Shown here: one piece after another, positions 54,734 through 64,000 of the stretch | How positions within the stretch are numbered: position 1 is the stretch's first letter | Layout: every line of letters begins with the position of its first letter | Assembly: GCA_951406725.2 (NCBI GenBank) | Contig: OX597832.1 | Location: 41,416,001 to 41,480,000, forward strand | Length of the DNA: 64,000 bases | Direction of reading: 5' to 3' | Origin: Octopus vulgaris | Lineage: Eukaryota | Made by a program: the position numbers and the translations under genes | The notes under the pieces: model-generated | Told to the model about the DNA's origin: nothing | What the model saw: only the letters and a program-made list of their open reading frames with translations | Databases searched by the model: none

Positions 54734-57700
54734 TAACTCCACATTTTTTGTTCCTGCACTTGTTAACTTGCTTGTGTTAAGGAAGCATTTTTATTAGTAT
54801 GTCTTTTGAAAATGGATTTCTGATTGCAAAAAGATTCTTTTGACAAATACTGTCTTCACTTACTTTCAGTCCGTTGCATTTTCTGCGCTTGATCAAGCAT
54901 TGGTCTTCAAGATTATGCATTTTATTGATTGCAACTGAATATCATTTTTTTATAAAACATCTTGCACGCTGCAATTCAATAACACACACTTTCCATTTAC
55001 TTTCATGAAAAAATAATTACGTCTATTTTGCATTGAATATAGAACTTTTGCCTGTTACTCCTTTTCTTTCATCAGAACTAACCATTGTGGCTGGAATTAC
55101 ATTAATGAACTTTAGAATATTAACCCTTTTGATAGCAACACTACTGAGATTGCCCCTCGTTCTATGATACAAAATTCATGCTTTAAAATGATCTGCATTT
55201 AAACCTCCCATTAAATTGTTATGTCAATATATGCTCCAAACACCTGTTTAATAATTACATAATTTGAGCAGGTGAACAGGTAGAATTGTCAGCCTATCAG
55301 GGAAAATACTTAGCAGCATTTCATCTGCTGCCAGGGTCGACTTTGCCTTTCACCCTTTCAGGGTTGATACAATAAATACCAGTAGAACATTGGGGGTCAA
55401 TGTAATCATCCTAACCCCTCTTCCGAAATTGCTGGCTATGACTCAAAATTTGAAATCAATAACAACAAAGTTGTTTTACTGAATTCTTTGTTATTTTCAA
55501 AATTAATTGAAACAGAGTATCATCTCAATTGAAGCATGGGAACAAAAGGTTTAATCTAAAATCGTTAATTAATACAGGCAAATGAATTACGAATGCTGCC
55601 AACGTTCAAAATTATTCTACCGTATTTGTATTGATAACAATTACTCTTTTACTTGTTTCAGTCATTTGACTGTGGCCATGCTGGAGCACCACCTTTAATC
55701 GAGCAACTCGACCCCGGGACCTATTCTTTTGTAAGCCCAGTACTTATTCTATCGGTCTCTTTTGCTGAACCGCAAAGTAACGGGGACATAAACACACCAG
55801 CATCGGTTGTCAAGCAATGCTAGGGGGACAAACACAAACACACACATGCATATATACATATACATATATACGACAGGCTTCTTTCAGTTTCCGTCTACCA
55901 AATCCACTCACAAGGCATTGGTCGGCCCGAGGCTATAGTAGAAGACACTTGCCCAAGGTGCCACGCAGTGGGACTGAACCCGGAACCATGTGGTTGGTTA
56001 GGAAGCTACTTACCACACAGCCACTCCTGCACCTATAGCAAAACTTAGATTCATACTGACTATTCACTACAAATAACAAAACGTAAGACAGCGGGCTGGC
56101 AGAATCATTAGCACACCCGACAAAATGCTTAGTGGCATTTCCAACTTTACATTCTGAGTTCAAATGCCACTGGAGTCGACTTACCCGCTTTCTCTGAACT
56201 TGCTGGCCTTGTGCCAAAATTTGAAACCAGTATTATATAGGTACAGGCTGGCTGTGTAGTAAGTAGCTTGCTTACCAACCACATGGTTCCAGGTTCAGTC
56301 CCACTGTGTGGCACCTTAGGCAAGTGTCTTCTACTATAGCCTCGGGCTGACCAAAGCCTTGTGAGTAGATTTTCTACTCTTTGTATATATCTAAGTCTTA
56401 TGGCTAGCTAGAGTCAAAGTTGGGCAGTACTGTGCTGATGACAGCTATTGTGGTAGAATCATATACAGCTGTCTTCTCATCTCCAAACTGTTTCTTCATG
56501 GCATAGTAATTAAAGAGAACCATTGCTTCCTTGAAATAATCTGGCTTCTTTCAGAGCTGGTTGAAATTACTGCTAGGTGTTTGTTTACCTTCTGTTAAGG
56601 AAAAGATACTTTCAATAAATCAATTATTTTATCTTGTATTCAGTATATCTTTCTTCATCTTTGTGTCTCTGACCATTCTGAATTACATCTCTTAATTGAT
56701 TTTTCATTTTAAAAGAGAATACTTTGTTAGTATATCTGATGTCCTTTTTTTTTCCCATCATAATGCTGGTCTTTTATCCCACCCATCCTTACCATTGACC
56801 ACTTCTATTACCAATCATTCCCCTTCCACCATCATCCAGCGTGTCTATACCTTCTTCCCATCAGTCCGGCTCCTTTCACTCTCCTACCCACTGTGGTCAG
56901 TTAGTCAGTTGGTCCTCCAGGTGTCATTGCTCTCTCTTCTATTCCTCAGTCAGCTGAATAATTGTGTACACACACACACGTGTGTGCATCATATTTCTAC
57001 AGTTTTACAGCCTGAAAGGTTTAAACTTAATGTTTCCAACATCGAAATCTGGGGCACCACAAGGCAACTACTTTATTCTGGCTTCTGTTGGGTTAATCAG
57101 ATGAGAGACCAATCTGCTTTGGGATAGGATGCCAGTCTTCCATTGGTAAACTTTTCTAGAGAAGTTGAATGCAGCAACATTACAGATCAAGGAAAACACT
57201 CATCAATTTTATAACAATGGTACGTTGTTGCTCACAGTGATGAATTGTATATCACGGTTGTACCTGTTTACAGCCAAGTGGCTTGTGTTGCTGCTTGTAC
57301 AGTGATAAACTGTGTCTCACAGTAGTACTAGTCTACAGCTATGTGGCTTGTGTTGTTGTTTATATAGTGTTGTGACCCCCTTTGGTCATGACTGACCATG
57401 GGATTGCACCAAGAAAGTGACCCTCCGAGGCACAAGTCCGGGCAAGGTTGTTTATGGAAGACTAGCAGTCGCCCATGCATACCAGCCTCCACTCTCCACG
57501 CCACTGATGTTATCCAAGGGAAAGGCAAAAGCCGATACAGCTTGGCACCAGTGACATCGCAGCTCATTTATTAACGTGCAAGTGGCTGAGCATTCCACAG
57601 CCACGTGTACTCTTAACGTAGTTCTCAGGGAGATTCAGCATGACACAGAGTGGCCCTTTGAAATACAGGTACAACAGAAACAGGAAGAAAAAGTGAGAGA

Positions 57701-58549
57701 AAGTTGGAGTGAAAGAGTACAGCAGGGTCCACCACCACCCCCTGCCGGAGCCCTGTGGAGCTTTAGGTATTTTTGCTCAATAAACAATCACAATGCCCGG
57801 TCTGGGAATCGAAACCGCAATCCTACGACCGCGAGTCCGTTGCCTTAACCATTGGGCCTTTGTGCCACCACTGCTGTTTATATATTAATGAATTATATAT
57901 GATAATAGTTCCTGTTTATGGCAAGGTGGTTTGTGTTGTTGCTTATACAATGATGAACAATATCTCATAGTGGTATGTGTTTACAACTTGGTGGACTGAT
58001 TCATTGATAAACTACATATCTCTGTGGTACTTATTTACAGCTGGGTGGACTGGGCTAGTGTTGCTTTTTACAGCGATGAAGTGCATATCACAGCAGTGTC
58101 TATGTACAGCTAAGTGGAGTGTGTTGCTGCTTATAGCTTAATGAACCGTATCTTACTGTGGCATCTACATACAGCTGAGTGAACGGAGCTGTCAAGAGTG
58201 AATTTGTTTCTATTGTTTCCTGCCAGGTAAACTCTGATTGCAGCAAACTATAATCAAAGATATTCCAGCCATGTTTTAATTCTCGTATCATGTCTTATTC
58301 TCAGGCATAATTTATCTACAATGACATTGTACAATGGCTTTTTCCCCCTCTTTTTAAGATGGCAAAATGTGATTTGAGGAACATTTGATTGTTATTTTTA
58401 GTAGACTCCCTTGCTTACCCAGAGAGCTGAGTGGTTTATTTATGAGTATAGTACAGTGAAGTACCTAATAATACCTAGGTGGACTGTGTCACTGATAGCT
58501 GAATGTTTTAAGACATACACACAGCAATGGAATGAACGACAGTGATCAC

Positions 58550-59175
58550 AGGGTGTTCAGGCTAAATTTGATAATTTTTTAATGTCCCTTTTTTCAGAAA
58601 CAGCTTGATGTCAGGGAGCCTAAAAATTAAAGGTGCAGTTGAGAAAAAGTTGGCTGATACGGAGGATGGGAAGCCATCTGAATATTGGAAAAGAGTTACC
58701 TGTATCATGATGATTTGCACCAGGTATCAAAATGCTGACATCATGACTGCTATTTAATGCTCTGTGAACACGGTAAAGGCTCTAAGACTTGCCATGGACA
58801 TCATGAAAACCAAGTTTCACCAAACTGTGGTGGTCTTTGGGAGTCCCCAGTGAGGGTGATGCCATTATACTCCACATCTTTGAACAGGGCCTTAGACTCA
58901 TTTCAGATGACTATGTGAAGCTGCTAGAGAAAGTGGTCAAACTCTGACTGGAGAGGGTCGTTGCTGGAAGGCCAAAATGTGTGGCAACAGGACTCATCTC
59001 ATTTGCTGTGTCTCCAGAAAGAGTCAGGTGTGGCTGTCGGAGAATTTCTATGACTCCACCAGCTCCAATTTCCGGCCCCCCACCAATTCCCCTGATTGTA
59101 ATCTCATGAATTACTGTGTGTGGATGTGGTTGAGAAGGACATCACCCACTCCACCTGCAACACCAAGGCCAATAT
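58550..59175 (+). mobile_element. Tc1/mariner-superfamily transposase relic
   Basis: Starts at a CAGGGTG TIR-like end. SRKSQVWLSENF...PPTNSPDCNLMNYCVW resembles WPPNSPDLNPLDYxVW. Confidence 0.78.
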
Positions 59176-59399
59176 CAAAGGAGAAAGAAAGAGAGAAACA
59201 AAGAAATAACAAGAACGACCAAAGTTAATTATAAATCATAAAGTAGTTTAGATTAGTCTTGGAATAGTTTTGTATACATTAAATAATCAAATAATTTGCA
59301 ATAATGATAATAATATTCACAATAAAAATTAATAATAAAATAATGGTAGTAGAATAATAAACTTTCAGATTAGAGATAAGTATTTTATCAAAGTACCGA

Positions 59400-60506
59400 T
59401 ATATATATACATATATACAATCAGTATATATTGGATATAAGTAAATATATAAATATGTATATAAATACATACATAGATATGCATATAAATAAATATATGT
59501 GTATATACATATATATATATATAAGTATATATATACATATATATATACATGTATATATAAATATATAAGTATATATATATATGTATATATATAAGTATAT
59601 ATATGTATATATAAGTATATATATATATCTATATATATATAAGAATATATATATGTATATATATAAATATATAAGTATACATATATACGTATAAATATAT
59701 GTATAAGTATATATAAATATATATATATATAAGTATATATATAAATATATATATAAGTATAATCATAATATTAGGGAGCATAACTCCATACTTACAAGGA
59801 AAAATTCAATTTAGTATTAAATCAAATTTCACAATATAAATATGTAAAATATAAATTAGAGATAAAACCACTATTATGCAAACAATGATAGTTTGGTAAT
59901 TAAATATTAGAGTATAACTAGGTTAAAGATATTCTATAGTTTATTAATGTTTTTTAAAGCTAAATTATAAATTCACACAAATACATTTTTCTATCTATTT
60001 ACTCTATTTTTTTACCTTAAATATTTAACATAATAAATGTATTGTAGGAAACTAATGTTTTAAGTTCCAAATTTAGTTAATGGAGTTTCTTATATAAAAT
60101 TATTGTATTTATTTTTTAATAAATATTGTTTAACTCTATTTGCTTATTTAACTATTATTGTTTAACCTGAAGATTGACTATAATTTTAAATTGAATTCAT
60201 TTCGATTAAATTTAAATTTAATTTGAATTTAATTATAGCCATGAAACGTACATAGTTTTTTTTTTACTTATTATATTTTGATTATTCCTTTTTATACTTT
60301 TTGTGATCTAGTTATATGTTTTAAAATATAGTTTATGTTTTATTTATGATTTGGTTTATGCCTATCATTGTGTGAATTGCATAATAGTGGTTTTATCACT
60401 AATTAATATTCTCTATATAAGTATATATATATGTAAGAATATATATAATATATATAAGTATATATATATAACACATATAAGCATACAAGTATATACAAGG
60501 TAGGTA

Positions 60507-60548
<42 letters not shown>

Positions 60549-61002
60549 TATATATATTTATATATATATATTCATATTTATATATATTTTTATATACATA
60601 TATATTTCCATTTATATATATATATTTATATACATATATATCTATATATATAAATATATATATTTTTTGTTTTGAATAAAATTCTGAATGCATGTGTGTG
60701 TGCATGTGTGCGAGGAGAAGGGTAGAATTAACGATAATAAAATTAAAATTCAATGAAACAAATGAAATTAGAAAACTGATTTAAGATTTGTTGAAAATAT
60801 TAATCATTTGTTGGATATATATATGTTGTGTGTATATATACACACACACAAATATATACATACATAAACATATATTTATACATATGTATATATATATATA
60901 TAAACATATATATATAAACATTTGTATATATCCATCCATAAGATATTTATATATATATATATATACACATATATAAACAATATATATATACACACATATA
61001 TT

Positions 61003-61046
<44 letters not shown>

Positions 61047-61260
61047 CATAAACACACATATATATAGCCATATCTATATATATATATACATAAATGCATA
61101 TATATATATATTCATGACCATATTATATATATATACATGCAATGCACACATACATATATACACAGACATACACACATGTATACATGTATATACACACATA
61201 TACATACACATATAGACACATTTGTATACATGGAAACACATACATGCTTGCTTATGGTTG
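59400..61260. repeat. Extended TA-rich low-complexity region; other (TA)n/(GATA)n tracts at about 6220-6460, 38020-38160, 51480-51800, 52090-52220, 52720-52840
   Basis: Seen directly. Source of the YIYI ORFs. Confidence 0.9.
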
Positions 61261-61289
61261 TTGCACAAATTCATTGATGACCATTGTGT

Positions 61290-61660
61290 CCTTCATACAA
61301 AGCATTTGATGATTGCACATCCCAATCCTCGATGCACAGTTTAACCTGCAGATGGGACTGACAGGTCAGGCTTTAATCCATGTGCACACTTCTGCTCTTG
61401 TTTCTCTGGCAAGATCTGAGTGTATTTCTCCTCCATTCCTTTAGTATCCTTCCATTGGTAAGAAAACAAAAAGAGTTGTAGACAGCAACACTATTTGAAG
61501 GGTTAATGCTACTCCTCTTGAAAATGGATCTCAGATGGTCTTTGAACCACTTCTTTGATCTTCCAGCCAAGTGATGACCATTGTGTAGCTGGCCATAGAG
61601 AATCCTACAGACGAGATGTAACTCGGACATCTGTGCTACATGTTCAAGCCATCTCAGTTG
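61290..61660 (-). mobile_element. RTE-clade LINE fragment, degenerate
   Basis: RILYGQLHNGHHLAGRSKKWFKDHLRSIFKRSSINP, followed by a C-terminal CPICRLNCASRIGMCNH zinc-finger-like remnant. Confidence 0.7.
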
Positions 61661-63526
61661 ATGGCTGTTCAGTGTGGATTTACTTCTACAAGGACCAGTT
61701 CAACAGAGGATTTTTCTTTCTTACATCTGTTTTTTCAGGCTGGCATGGGTTAGACAAAACATACTATAGAAGTATTGTTTTTAAAGTCAGGTGCTCTTTC
61801 TGTTGCTAACCCTTACCTGTATTTTCAAGTCAGGGATCTCTTCTTTCACATATCTTCAAAGATGCAAAGCAAACGGATAATTTGTTGACAAAAGAGATAA
61901 CAAAACCGATTGTAGCTTGCGAATGTAAGCAAACATATACATACACACAACAATATATATATACATGTCTACACACATACAAACATCTAAATATATAATG
62001 ACAGACAGTGTGGCTGAAACAGCAGACTGCAGATTTGTGTGTATAATCCTTTCTTATGAAGAGATTGAAAGAATCTTCCGGAGAAAGTGGATGTTAAAAG
62101 CTTTGATGTTAAAAGCTTCCAATATGTGGACAATATGTGGTCCATAGTTGTACCCATGCAGGAGAACAGAAACAGAGACATAAACTTTGGTATAGCGGTA
62201 GAGGGGGTTACTTAGAAAAACCTTTCTGAATCCTTTAACCCTTTAGCATTCAAACTGGCCATATCCGGCCTAAATATTTTACCTCCTTTTTGTTCAAAAC
62301 CATTCAGATCCAACCTCTTACCCTATCCTACAATATTATTCCCAAAGTAAAGAGTCACATCGCAGAAATCTCACAGCTATGAGATAATGCAGGATTAATT
62401 CAATGCAATGTGAATAAACAAGCATCGCATTTGGTAGAATAATGTGAATACTAAAGGGTTAAAGGCTACAGAGGCCTGTCTGAGGTAGTTTAGAATTTGT
62501 TTAGTCAGTGTGCAGTCATTAAAAATTACACTGCTAAGGTATACAAGCTGGGATATCAAATTAACTGCTGCTGTTTATACCAAGAAAGTGAACAGAAGTG
62601 AGAGTAGTGTAGCATACCATCGAAGGATAAACTTAATTTTCTTGGATATTAACTGTCAGGCCATTTTTTAAAAAATAAACTTTTAACTGCCAAAATGGTA
62701 GATTAAAGGGGTTCCGGAATGTGAGATACCACAGTACAGTCATTGGTATACCCTATATCAACGATCTGTTCGTATCTGAGCTGAATGGTGGCCTGAAGTG
62801 TTCTGATGCTGAAAAGGTTTCCAGTTTAGTCCCACTATGTGACATCTTAAACAAGTGTTTTTCTACTACAGCCCTGAGCAAACCAAAGGCTTGTGAGTAG
62901 ATATGGTAGATGGAAACTGAAAGAAGCTTGCTACATATGTGTGTGTTGATCAGAAAACTATTTCATCACAGGCTTAACCATTTATAGCTGAGTGAACTGG
63001 AGTGACGTGAAATGAAGAGTTTTGCTCAAGAACACAATACACAGCTGCTATGGGAATTGAAACCATGATCTCCTAATTGTGAATGTAACAAATCTAACCA
63101 CTAGGCCACATGCATACATAACATTACATACACTCGTATATCTGTCAAAAAGAGGACCTTTAGACAACTTACATGGTATAATATTACATATATATAAGAT
63201 TTATATACACACATATATATAATATTATACATAAATACATCATTTATATACATACATATACAATATATATTTATATATATTGGAGTCAGTTTTGGGATAG
63301 GATAATCCAGGCGCTTACCTTAGGAAGCACTTCTACAGACAGCAGCTAAGTGAAAATTGCACAGGGGAATATCTCCCCATGAAACTGCTGTTTCAAATAA
63401 ACAGAAAATATGCAAATTCCGTTTCCATTGTAAAATTTGAAAAATAAAAATTGAAGTTAAAAGTTAAGGATATTATTTAAAAAAAATAATACCTCAAACT
63501 CCAATCTTCAATTCATACATACATAC

Positions 63527-63586
<60 letters not shown>

Positions 63587-64000
63587 CAGTGGGAATATTG
63601 TTACATGTTTATTAAAAACCAAAACCCAAAAACAGTATACCTTATGATTCAGATTCTTCAAAAGTCCTGTGTAATGCATTCATTAACGAATGCATGAATT
63701 AATTATTCCATCTTGTCAGCAGATGCTCTTTTATGCAAATGTAATTGGCCAGTTTTAGCTGGGTCCTTCTTTGTAAATTGCTGTAAACTACTAATTTCAT
63801 TCTAGATACATGGTTACACTTTCTCCGATGAACATCTAACAAGACTAGAAACTAGTCACAACAATCCTTTTTTATGTCTATAGAGAAATATTAACTGTAC
63901 TGCATGGAACCTGTGGGGTTTTTTTCTATTTACAATGAAGACAATATTGTATGTTTATTAAAAAAGGTATACATATATACCTTACATTTTAAATCATATA

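Noticed and set aside
56390-56600. Open frames in a unique-looking island
   Set aside because: No start or splice context and no recognisable motif.

Overview
AT-rich, intron- and repeat-dominated animal genomic DNA, very likely from an octopus or other coleoid cephalopod (inferred from the SINE/LINE families and dense TA/CA/ATC microsatellites). The only gene I can securely identify is the sodium leak channel NALCN on the minus strand. Twelve coding exons from ATG 22947 down to position 56 splice in frame with GT-AG sites (1767 nt, 589 codons), covering domain I and domain II through the pore loop, and the gene runs off the left edge. The last exon in view (56-202) is a divergent domain-II pore exon with a glutamate filter (TQEGW), which fits the calcium-type member of the alternatively spliced filter exon pair known in molluscs. 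A CpG-richer zone at about 29.6-35.1 kb has promoter-like motifs. The rest is mostly transposon debris: tRNA-derived SINEs, CR1/RTE/HERO-like LINE 3' ends, gypsy integrase, Tc1/mariner and pogo relics, TTAA MITEs and a Helitron. Several fold-back elements are also present, three with hammerhead-ribozyme-like cores. Most ORFs in the supplied track are spurious.
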